Assembly (NCBI GenBank): GCA_021513715.1
Contig: CP084167.1
Span: forward strand, 544,001-608,000
Source of the DNA: Candidatus Heimdallarchaeum endolithica
GTDB lineage: Archaea > Asgardarchaeota > Heimdallarchaeia > Heimdallarchaeales > Heimdallarchaeaceae
Reading direction: 5' to 3'
Length of the DNA stretch: 64,000 nucleotides
This document shows positions 55,764 to 64,000 of the stretch, piece by piece; position 1 is the first letter of the stretch, and each line of letters opens with the position of its first letter. Under the pieces are notes generated by a model that was given only the letters and a program-made list of their open reading frames with translations, searched no databases and was not told the origin of the DNA. The translations under genes were made by a program, and so were the position numbers.

Positions 55764-56876
55764 TTAAGAGCCAATAGTTAATTTTCTTTCATCAACAAAT
55801 GGGAAGTAGGATGGAATATATTTAATTGCATCATCAAATACAGAAGCATCTCCACTGAAAGCAATAATTTGATTTTTAAATGTTGAATTAAACCTGTTTA
55901 CAAAGTGTTCTAAAGAAATCTCAAAGATTTTTACTCTTTTATCTACTATTAGCACACCAATGATATCTTCTTTTTCCTTTGTTATCATAACTCTATCTTT
56001 CAGTTCTACGTATTTTAGTAATTGATAGGCAGAATTTGTTACTTCTGATATAAAATGAGCAAAAGCATTAATCATTCCTCCAATTAACAATCCTTCTGTT
56101 TCCTTCTTTGAATAATTTGAAGCAGAGAAAAGAGTTGTCCCATTTTTATTTATTATTAAAAAGTTAAAGATCTCAGCAGAAGTAAATAAGACAAATTTAG
56201 GGTCAATTAAATAGATAATCAATGTTACTCCTAGAGCTAATCCAAAGCCTATTGCTCCATATGTATCTAAAGGAACTATATGCTCCAGGAATTCTAAAAT
56301 AGCAACAATAAATGCAATAAAGAAACTTATCCACAATAGTAGTGTATGATATTGAGCTTTATTGCCCACACTTTTAACAAATGTAAATGTTATTCCTACT
56401 AAACATACTGAAACAACGTATAATTGAAAAAAATCTAAAAACCAGATATATAAACAATCATTTTTTGTTGGGATTTTCAAATTTGTAGAAACAGGAGGTA
56501 AGTCAAATATAACATTTATTAAATAAGTCACAAATAGGGAAAAAATAATAATGTAACCTGCTTGAACTATTCTGCGGTCCCAAGCGTTGAAATTACTGAA
56601 GTGAATCAAGATAAAAAGAAAAACTATTGCATAAGGAATAATCTCTAAAGAAGGTAAATAGCTATTTTCCAAAAAACCCCATTGGTAACCTGCTAATCGA
56701 GAGAAAAAGAAAAAGAACTCTACTATACTTTGTAAAATAGCAAAAATTAAAGCAGCTATGAGATTTTTATATCCTTGTACTTTGTTAATAGAACTTCGAT
56801 ATATGAATACACTTAACATTATCAGGATTATAATTATTTGTATTAATTTGAATATAGCTTGACTCAGAGTTTCCAA
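55764..56876 (-). CDS. 7-TM membrane protein with C-terminal longin-like domain
   Basis: Seven hydrophobic segments, then EIFNFLIINKNGTTLF...LIGGMINAFAHFISEVT...YFPF. Confidence 0.75.
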   Translation of the reverse strand: METLSQAIFKLIQIIIILIMLSVFIYRSSINKVQGYKNLIAALIFAILQSIVEFFFFFSRLAGYQWGFLENSYLPSLEIIPYAIVFLFILIHFSNFNAWDRRIVQAGYIIIFSLFVTYLINVIFDLPPVSTNLKIPTKNDCLYIWFLDFFQLYVVSVCLVGITFTFVKSVGNKAQYHTLLLWISFFIAFIVAILEFLEHIVPLDTYGAIGFGLALGVTLIIYLIDPKFVLFTSAEIFNFLIINKNGTTLFSASNYSKKETEGLLIGGMINAFAHFISEVTNSAYQLLKYVELKDRVMITKEKEDIIGVLIVDKRVKIFEISLEHFVNRFNSTFKNQIIAFSGDASVFDDAIKYIPSYFPFVDERKLTIGS

Positions 56877-57010
56877 CGTTTATCAAATAAAAAAAGATTT
56901 CTCTTATATTAAATTTATGTAGTAAATTCCAAATATTTCAAAAAACAAATAACAACAATTTCATATAAAAAAATATCAGTTTGTATTACTTAGTTATTTC
57001 TGAAGTAAAA

Positions 57011-57298
57011 CTATCCTCCTGCAACAAAGGGAAGAATAGATATTTCTGTTTGCTTATTTTCTATAAAATAGGTTGACAGTTCTTCATGATGAATTGTTCT
57101 GTTATTTATCATTATATTATAAAAAGAGTGTATTTTTTTTCCAGAAAATAGAAGATCATCTAATTCTGGATGCTTTATAACCAATTTTTCTATTGCTTCT
57201 AGAATGGTTGTCTTTTCACTATCTAATTCAACTACTACTTCTGCCTTATTTTCCAAAGCTGATCTTAATTGACCAAATAAGCGAAAAACAATTCTCAT
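57011..57298 (-). CDS. moaD: MoaD/ThiS/SAMP ubiquitin-like sulfur carrier
   Basis: 95 aa with FRLFGQLR at the N-terminus and ISILPFVAGG at the C-terminus. Confidence 0.85.
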   Translation of the reverse strand: MRIVFRLFGQLRSALENKAEVVVELDSEKTTILEAIEKLVIKHPELDDLLFSGKKIHSFYNIMINNRTIHHEELSTYFIENKQTEISILPFVAGG

Positions 57299-57364
57299 TC
57301 TTTATCCTCTTATAAGATAAATATAAATTTGAGAGATAAAATTGTTATGATTTGTCAAATTCTT

Positions 57365-57925
57365 TCAAATTGTATTAACTTCAAAGAATTTGACTATATT
57401 CTCAATTAGAGTAATAAAAGCTTTTTCTACATTTTCTCCAGTTTTTGCTGAAGTTTCTATATATGGAACTTCGAATCCACTCCAATTACTCAAACTTTTA
57501 GCATAATCTGCTGCATATTCATAAGGAACTGAATTGGGTGTTGAAGATCTAAGGTCTGATTTATTTCCTATCAATAACATTGGAACAATTTTGTTTTTGT
57601 TATTCTTTATTATCTCATGTATCCAATTTGGTAATAATTCATATGTTTCTGGTCTCGAAATGTCAAAAACTAATAAAGCACCTGAAGTTCCTCTATAATA
57701 AACTTCTCTAACTGCAGAAAAACGCTGTTGTCCAGCTAAGTCCCATATTTGTAGAGTGTATTCTATATTATTTAGTTGCATCTTCTTTACTGCAAAGTCT
57801 GCACCCACTGTCATGGCATAGCCAGATTCAAAAGTTTCTCCTAAATATCGACGTCTTAATGATGTTTTACCTACTGCTCCTTCACCAAGCAATGAAACTT
57901 TAAAGATTCTCTGCACTTTTTTCAT
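57365..57925 (-). CDS. Rab-like small GTPase
   Basis: GEGAVGKT, TVGADF, WDLAGQQRF, YYRGTSGALLVFDI, GNKSD and ETSAKTG. Confidence 0.95.
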   Translation of the reverse strand: MKKVQRIFKVSLLGEGAVGKTSLRRRYLGETFESGYAMTVGADFAVKKMQLNNIEYTLQIWDLAGQQRFSAVREVYYRGTSGALLVFDISRPETYELLPNWIHEIIKNNKNKIVPMLLIGNKSDLRSSTPNSVPYEYAADYAKSLSNWSGFEVPYIETSAKTGENVEKAFITLIENIVKFFEVNTI

Positions 57926-58081
57926 CTCTCTTTATTTCTAAAGAACTCATGCATAACATATTATTAAATTATTTGTTTACTTGCAAAGTCTACTATTTAA
58001 GAAAGCTATTATATAGAAAAACTATTAGTATATTATACCTTTTAATTAGCTTTTTATAGTTCTTTAACAACTAATAACAAG

Positions 58082-59455
58082 ATGAGTGAAGAAACAGTTA
58101 ATATTCAAAATCCTTTGCTAGCTAGTAAATACATTAGAAAATTTACTCATTATCCTGATTTTGATAGTATTTTGATTAATAATTTAGTTTGGAAAGGAGA
58201 TGAAGCTATAGGAATATGTATTCTTCCAATTATAGATACTGTTCCATCAAAGAAGAATGGGATTTTCAGGATATTTGTTTCAAACAAAGGAGAAAAAGCT
58301 CTAAAAGTCAAAGTTCATGTGCGTAATTTTGGTTACTTAAATGAAAAAGAAAAATTGAATAAAAGTCAGGTTGCATTCAGAAAAATGATTATAGATGCAA
58401 ATGAAGTATGGTATAGAGATGTAATTATTCCCAGTGATATTAAATTAGGTAAAAACTTTTTCCAGCTTGTAGTCAAATATAAAGTCAATAAAAAGAAAAG
58501 AAGAATTTACGATATAATTGATTATAAAGAGATTATGCCTTTAGTTAATATAAAACAGATTGCAAGGAAAAACTTCTTGGGTTTAACTCAAAAACCTTAT
58601 ATTGATCCTTCTTCTATTGGCTATTGGATTTATTGCTCTCTTTTTGGGCCAAGAAATTACTCTAAAGAACCAACTTTCATATATCTTACAAAATGGATAG
58701 TTTTTCTTTTAAGTATTTCTACAATTAGTATTTCTTTCATTATTAGTTCTTTGCCTGAAATAGTTCTTTATGTTAGTTCAGCAGGAGCTTTACTTTCTTT
58801 CCTAACCTTTTTTACTGATTTAGACCGACATACCGTCCGTGAAATAAATGAATTGGGTTTAACTGAATTGAAAAGAAAAGCTTTAGTAGATAATATTCCA
58901 ACAAAAATTGACTGGTTCAAATTATTTACTCTAAAAAGTGAATACTTCTACTTTATTGAAGAAGAATTAAATTTTGCTTGGAAAACTAACTCTGATCATT
59001 CCTTCAAACCTGTGATTTACTCTTTGAATCAAGCTCTAAATAGCCAAATAAGCATTAAAGAAGGAACAAAAGAAGAAGAAGAGAGAATAATTAAAGAGAT
59101 AATTACTAACAAGAAAATTGAACAAAAAGAGACAAAAACAAAAGTGAAAGAAGAAAAGAAAGAGCATGAGGGAATTACTTTTGAAGAAGACCTATCTATA
59201 AGCTTTGACTCTAAAATTCAGATATTAGATAGTATAACTTCTTATTCAGTTCCTAGTAGTGCAATAGAGTTAGAAGACAGTTTTAAACTTCCTGTTGAAG
59301 TAATCAAAACAGAAACATTCATAGAGCCAGATTCTATAGCTTTTGATGTAATAGACAAACCTTTTACTACAGAGCTAGAACCAATAATTACAGACAGTGA
59401 AAGTATAGACTCCAAAAGTTCAATGAAATTCAAAAAAACAAATATAGAAGTATAA
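58082..59455 (+). CDS. Hypothetical membrane protein (two central TM helices, low-complexity acidic tail)
   Basis: 457-aa ORF with a hydrophobic hairpin at about residues 200-245. Confidence 0.65.
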   Translation: MSEETVNIQNPLLASKYIRKFTHYPDFDSILINNLVWKGDEAIGICILPIIDTVPSKKNGIFRIFVSNKGEKALKVKVHVRNFGYLNEKEKLNKSQVAFRKMIIDANEVWYRDVIIPSDIKLGKNFFQLVVKYKVNKKKRRIYDIIDYKEIMPLVNIKQIARKNFLGLTQKPYIDPSSIGYWIYCSLFGPRNYSKEPTFIYLTKWIVFLLSISTISISFIISSLPEIVLYVSSAGALLSFLTFFTDLDRHTVREINELGLTELKRKALVDNIPTKIDWFKLFTLKSEYFYFIEEELNFAWKTNSDHSFKPVIYSLNQALNSQISIKEGTKEEEERIIKEIITNKKIEQKETKTKVKEEKKEHEGITFEEDLSISFDSKIQILDSITSYSVPSSAIELEDSFKLPVEVIKTETFIEPDSIAFDVIDKPFTTELEPIITDSESIDSKSSMKFKKTNIEV

Positions 59456-59585
59456 GCAAATAGACTATAGAATAGATTAGAAATTTGTTGAAGAGTAAGA
59501 AAGTTAAATATGTAAATGAACAATTAAATTTGTTCAAAAACAATAAATAGAAAAACTTTATCATATACAAAGACTGGTCGAAACA

Positions 59586-60335
59586 ATGATTACAGGAACA
59601 CATCCTTCAACTCTCGCTAATGAAGATTATTTCTCTTTTATAGGTATTTTTCTTTCAATACCTGTTTTTATAACCTATTTTGTAAACGAGATGATACTTG
59701 CTGTATTCAGATTAACAAAGTATAAACGAGAGATAGGAACGGCAGTTACAGCTCCTTATCCTACTTGGAGAATGATTAATGCAATTACTTATGCTGTAGC
59801 CATTATAATACTGGCTCTACAAGTTTTAAGTTGGAGTGCAACTTTTCAAAGGTTTGAATTTAGAAAACTTGCTAAAAGAACAGTTCTTGCCTTTCTAATA
59901 ACAGCTATTTTTGTAGTTATTTTTGAGTATCTGCAAATTTCTATGCCTGTTCAACCTCGAGACCAATCTGATATAACTGTTCCATTTTTCACTTTAGTAG
60001 GTTTTCATTTGTGGTCTTTTATTAGTTTTAAACAAGTTATAGAGTATTTAGGAAAACATTACAAAACAAGAGTAGGAGATTCAATTTTTTATATTCTCTT
60101 TGCAAGTTATCCATTTATCAAGTTTGGTTTACCTATTATACTTTTAATATTTGTCAGTTTGGCAATGTCTCCTTACGCTTTTATCCTTTATTCTGAAATA
60201 ACAATGGCTTATTTAGTTGGTTTTATTGCTATTGCTTTAGGTGTAGTACTTATAAGAGATATAATAAGAGTAGGAAGAGCTCAAGACCATTATTTCTTTA
60301 CTAAAGAGATAAATGAAAAAGAAAAAGAAGTTTAA
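59586..60335 (+). CDS. Multi-pass membrane protein of unknown function
   Basis: About 6 hydrophobic segments. Confidence 0.7.
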   Translation: MITGTHPSTLANEDYFSFIGIFLSIPVFITYFVNEMILAVFRLTKYKREIGTAVTAPYPTWRMINAITYAVAIIILALQVLSWSATFQRFEFRKLAKRTVLAFLITAIFVVIFEYLQISMPVQPRDQSDITVPFFTLVGFHLWSFISFKQVIEYLGKHYKTRVGDSIFYILFASYPFIKFGLPIILLIFVSLAMSPYAFILYSEITMAYLVGFIAIALGVVLIRDIIRVGRAQDHYFFTKEINEKEKEV

Positions 60336-60976
60336 GTTTTTTTCTCTTTTCTATCTTTAATTTTATAGTATAATATTTCTATTCCAGGTTTAACCACAAA
60401 TGCTATAACAATGATGCTGACACCTATTCCAATTATAATAAAGAGTATCTTCAGCAAATCACTGTTATCTTGTTGAGGATTCGATATATATAGATCAGTT
60501 TCATGATTTATTGCTATTTTAACCTTTTCTTCAATAGTTGTAGCATAAGTGAATCCTTCAAAAATAGCCACAACATTGTTAAAATCATCTAAAATTATTA
60601 GAAAAGGGACTATTCTTATCTTATAATCTAATATTGTCTTATTAGTTACATATCCCATTATCCAGTTATCAGAAAGGTTATTTTCTTCTTTATAGTTTAA
60701 TATTTGTTCATTCGACTCGTTAAATTTAGCAGATAACCCAAAAATTGTTATGTTATAAGCATTTTCTACTTCTTTTATTTCATCTATTTCCTGATGGCAA
60801 TTTGGACAAGTGGGAAGATAAACAAAAACAATCTTTACTCCGGAATAATAAGTGACATCATCGTATTCATTATCTTTATTTATAAATGAAATACTTACAT
60901 TACTAGCGTGATTTAAGGTTGAGATTACTGAAATTGCAATAATAAATACTGATAAGAAATGAATTTTTTTTCTCAT
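60332..60976 (-). CDS. Membrane-anchored thioredoxin-fold (TlpA-like) protein
   Basis: Signal peptide, CPNC active site, YKIRIVPFLIILD and a C-terminal TM helix. Confidence 0.8.
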   Translation of the reverse strand: MRKKIHFLSVFIIAISVISTLNHASNVSISFINKDNEYDDVTYYSGVKIVFVYLPTCPNCHQEIDEIKEVENAYNITIFGLSAKFNESNEQILNYKEENNLSDNWIMGYVTNKTILDYKIRIVPFLIILDDFNNVVAIFEGFTYATTIEEKVKIAINHETDLYISNPQQDNSDLLKILFIIIGIGVSIIVIAFVVKPGIEILYYKIKDRKEKKT

Positions 60977-61098
60977 TGCAAATAATCTTGATAAAACACT
61001 TTTAAATCTCTTTATTGGTTAAAACTTGTGAAATTATTTATCCTTATATTAAAAAAAAGTTTTTAATTGAGAATAGACTATAACAATTTGAAGAGAGA

Positions 61099-63096
61099 TT
61101 GACTTTACAAAACTCAGACTTTGACATTCCTGAAGAATTTTCTTCTTATAGCCAATTTTTAATAGAAAATAAGAAAATTATTTTACCTAAAATAAAAGAA
61201 TGGATGAAAAAAGGAAAAACATTTTTCCAATCCTTAGTCTATGCTTGTGATGAGATAGGTTCTGAATTACCCACTCCTGACGTTTTAAAACCTACTTTTT
61301 TGGAGATAGCAATAATTGGTTATTTCTTGTTAGACGAATATGAAAAAGTATTGAAAATAGAGACTATAAGTGACAACTTTCTTTCAAACTACTTTAAATA
61401 CAAGTCTGCATGGCTATTAGGGCACAAAAAGGCACAATCGTTTCTAGCTGACCTTGTTCCTTCTCTAATGGAATTAAAGAAACAAAATAAAGAAATTTAT
61501 GAAATATGTAATAATATAATCTCTCTTGAAGTAAGTTTCATTTCATCTAACAAGGAAAATATATTAAAACATGCTGCACAGTTCAAACAAGACCTTTTCG
61601 ATAAGTCGCTCATTTCTACTTTTCCTCTTTTAGCAGTCGAAATTGCAGGAGATTTAGCTTATAGAGAATATAGAACAGGAGATCCTGCTTTTGCTGGATG
61701 GCTTGAAATCTATAAAGAATTAGTAGAAGCTTTTAATATGGACAGTAGGAGGTTGGACTGTTATACCATTTTAGGAGGATTATATCGGTATAAAGGATAT
61801 TTAGAAGATGCAGATGAATATTATAACAGAGCTATGGAATTATCAGAAAAAATAGGTAATGAAAAGGCATATGTCGAAATAATAGCGAGGATCGCAGATT
61901 TTGAGCATACTAGAGGAAACTTTGATGTTGCTTTAAAACTCTGTCTTGATGTTATTCAAAAAACTGAAGAAAAAGGAATAATAAACAAGTCTATTTATAT
62001 AAATTTAGGAGAAATACTCATAAAACAACAAAAATATGAAGAAGCAGTTAAATATCTTAAGAAATTAGAAAATGATGAATCACAAGAAACAGCAATAATT
62101 AATATTTTGCATGGATATGCACTAACTAAATTAGATGAAAAAGAATTATACAACAGTGGGATAAAGTTACTTGAAAAGGGGGGAGCTCTGAGCGAGAAAA
62201 CTGGAAATAGAAGGTTTTTAACTATTTACTACTATTATAGAGGAAGAGCTCATTTAGATAGCTATGATTTATCTTCTGCAATAAAAAACTTTGAGATGTG
62301 TTACAACACAGCAATAAATACAGAATTTCAGTATGTCCTTCTTTCTCAAATCTATTTAGCTGTAGCATATCTTCACAGATTCAAAGTTTCTCAACAAGAT
62401 GCTGACCTCACACAATCAAAACATTATGTGGCAAATGTGATCACAATATGTAAAGAACAAAATTTACCCATCTTAGCAAATATTCTATTACTTCAAGGCC
62501 AAATTCTGATGATTTTAGAGGAATATATTGATGCAAAACACATTCTGGAGCAATCAATGTTTGAAGCAGAGAAAGCTGAACTCTGTTGGACAAAAGAAAA
62601 AGCTGAACAATATTTAGAACTTTTATACTCTGAAGAACGAATAAAGAATCAAATTTTGATTAATGAGATAACTGAACTGATAGATAATATAGCTAAATTT
62701 TCTTTTACAAAAAATATAGAACAATTACCTAATTTCTACTTTTTAATGCTTACTTATAAAGGGAAAGAATTAATCACAAAGAGTTTTGATAAAGAGTTTG
62801 AAGAGAAAATCCACTTGATTAGAGATTTAATACATGCAGTGTCTAATTTCAATGAATATGAAGGAATAAGAAGCATTAATTTTGAGGGAATAACATTAAT
62901 AATAGAAAAAATAAGTAATACAACAGCTATACTTGCATGTGATTCAGACAGTTTTAATGCAAGAATCAAAATCATTGAAATATTAAAAAACTTACAAAAG
63001 TATCTACAATCTATTGTTACTGAAGAAGATGAAATTTTCATAACAATATTAAAAGATAAAGCAAAAAGAATAATCGAGAATACCTTTGAAAGTTAA
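61099..63096 (+). CDS. TPR-repeat protein with C-terminal longin-like domain
   Basis: LGGLYRYKGYLEDADEYYNRAMEL-type TPR units; C-terminal FYFLMLTYKGKELI...LIRDLIHAVSNF..GIRSINFEGITLIIE. Confidence 0.75.
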   Translation: MTLQNSDFDIPEEFSSYSQFLIENKKIILPKIKEWMKKGKTFFQSLVYACDEIGSELPTPDVLKPTFLEIAIIGYFLLDEYEKVLKIETISDNFLSNYFKYKSAWLLGHKKAQSFLADLVPSLMELKKQNKEIYEICNNIISLEVSFISSNKENILKHAAQFKQDLFDKSLISTFPLLAVEIAGDLAYREYRTGDPAFAGWLEIYKELVEAFNMDSRRLDCYTILGGLYRYKGYLEDADEYYNRAMELSEKIGNEKAYVEIIARIADFEHTRGNFDVALKLCLDVIQKTEEKGIINKSIYINLGEILIKQQKYEEAVKYLKKLENDESQETAIINILHGYALTKLDEKELYNSGIKLLEKGGALSEKTGNRRFLTIYYYYRGRAHLDSYDLSSAIKNFEMCYNTAINTEFQYVLLSQIYLAVAYLHRFKVSQQDADLTQSKHYVANVITICKEQNLPILANILLLQGQILMILEEYIDAKHILEQSMFEAEKAELCWTKEKAEQYLELLYSEERIKNQILINEITELIDNIAKFSFTKNIEQLPNFYFLMLTYKGKELITKSFDKEFEEKIHLIRDLIHAVSNFNEYEGIRSINFEGITLIIEKISNTTAILACDSDSFNARIKIIEILKNLQKYLQSIVTEEDEIFITILKDKAKRIIENTFES

Positions 63097-63108
63097 AAAA
63101 AAAGAAAA

Positions 63109-64000
63109 TTATAACTTTGGTAATATTTCTTTTGAGAAAAGCTTCATTTGTTCAATTTCTTGGTTTCCAGGAAACATAAATATGAAGTGACTTACTCCTA
63201 ATTTTCTGTATTCCTTGATTTTTGAAGTTATTTCTTCAATTGTTCCATGCATTGCTCCTTCGTATCTCTTTTCAAGTTCTTCTAAAGTAAAACCTCTTTT
63301 TTCTGCAATCTCTTTCCAAATTTTTATTTTTTCTTCTTCGCTTTCATATATTCTAGTCCATATACCATAGCTTCTAAGAAGTGAATCTGATTTTCTATCA
63401 TTTTTCTCACAAAGTTCATCTAACAAATTCATTTTCTCTTCAAAAACTTCAAGAGGATAAGCCCAAGCCAAATTTATTCCATCTGCATATTTAGAAGCAA
63501 GAGTGAGCATCTTAATTTTAGCATACATTGTTCCTACCCAAATTTTCATTGGCTTCTGAACAGGTTTAGGAAAAGAGATGGCTTCCTTTAAATGATAATA
63601 CTTACCTTCAAAATTAACTTTGTCTTCTGCCCATAACTTTCTAATTATTTGAATAGCTTCTTCAAGCATACCTAGTCTTTCTTTTACACTGGGAAAAGGG
63701 ATGCCATAAGCTTTATACTCCAACTCTTTCCATCCTGCGCCGAAACCAAAGTCAATTCGGCCATTAGAATAATTATCTAATGAAGCAATTTGTTTAGCAA
63801 GAACTGAAGGATAACGATAATTATTACATAAAACTAACGAACCAATCCTTAATTTAGTTGTATATGAAGCCGCTGCCATCATTGCAATGATACACTCTTG
63901 ACTTTCCAAATTTGTTGCATCTGCATTTAACATAAAATGATCTGAAAACCAAGCGTGAGTAAAACCCAATTTTTCTGCATTTTGAACTATTTCTTTTATT
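63109..64000 (-). CDS. LLM-class (probably F420-dependent) flavin oxidoreductase, N-terminus beyond window end
   Basis: GFTHAWFSDH, LRIGSLV, YRYPSVLAK, SNGRIDFGFGAGW, PKPVQ and YADG. The frame stays open to the window edge (IKEIVQNAEKLG). Confidence 0.9.
   Translation of the reverse strand, partial: IKEIVQNAEKLGFTHAWFSDHFMLNADATNLESQECIIAMMAAASYTTKLRIGSLVLCNNYRYPSVLAKQIASLDNYSNGRIDFGFGAGWKELEYKAYGIPFPSVKERLGMLEEAIQIIRKLWAEDKVNFEGKYYHLKEAISFPKPVQKPMKIWVGTMYAKIKMLTLASKYADGINLAWAYPLEVFEEKMNLLDELCEKNDRKSDSLLRSYGIWTRIYESEEEKIKIWKEIAEKRGFTLEELEKRYEGAMHGTIEEITSKIKEYRKLGVSHFIFMFPGNQEIEQMKLFSKEILPKL

Overview
Very AT-rich (roughly 30% GC by eye), gene-dense archaeal DNA, most consistent with an Asgard archaeon of the Heimdallarchaeia type (inference). 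The evidence is Rab-like and Arf-like small GTPases, several longin-like-domain proteins, NreA with a PCNA-binding PIP box, a tungsten AOR, an F420-type LLM oxidoreductase and GGTGA Shine-Dalgarno motifs. The main result is a ~16.6 kb locus (20167-36807) that appears to be a self-contained, ACP-dependent fatty-acid/polyketide lipid pathway in an archaeon. It comprises PlsY acyltransferase, biotin ligase, all three parts of a biotin-dependent acyl-CoA carboxylase, an alpha/beta hydrolase, and a 3515-aa single-chain megasynthase (ER-ER-KS-AT-KS-ACPx3-KR-DH-PPTase). The second result is a 1512-bp tnpB-only element with terminal inverted repeats that has split a glyoxalase/VOC gene just after TTGAT. 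Also present: four 7TM-longin-like paralogues, a degenerate Rab-like GTPase, a repeat-expanded FG-GAP surface protein, a doubly disrupted beta-helix surface gene, and an Lrp/AsnC regulator that apparently starts at ATT behind two long hairpins. No rRNA, tRNA or CRISPR array was recognised. All calls come from reading motifs by eye; no database searches were run.
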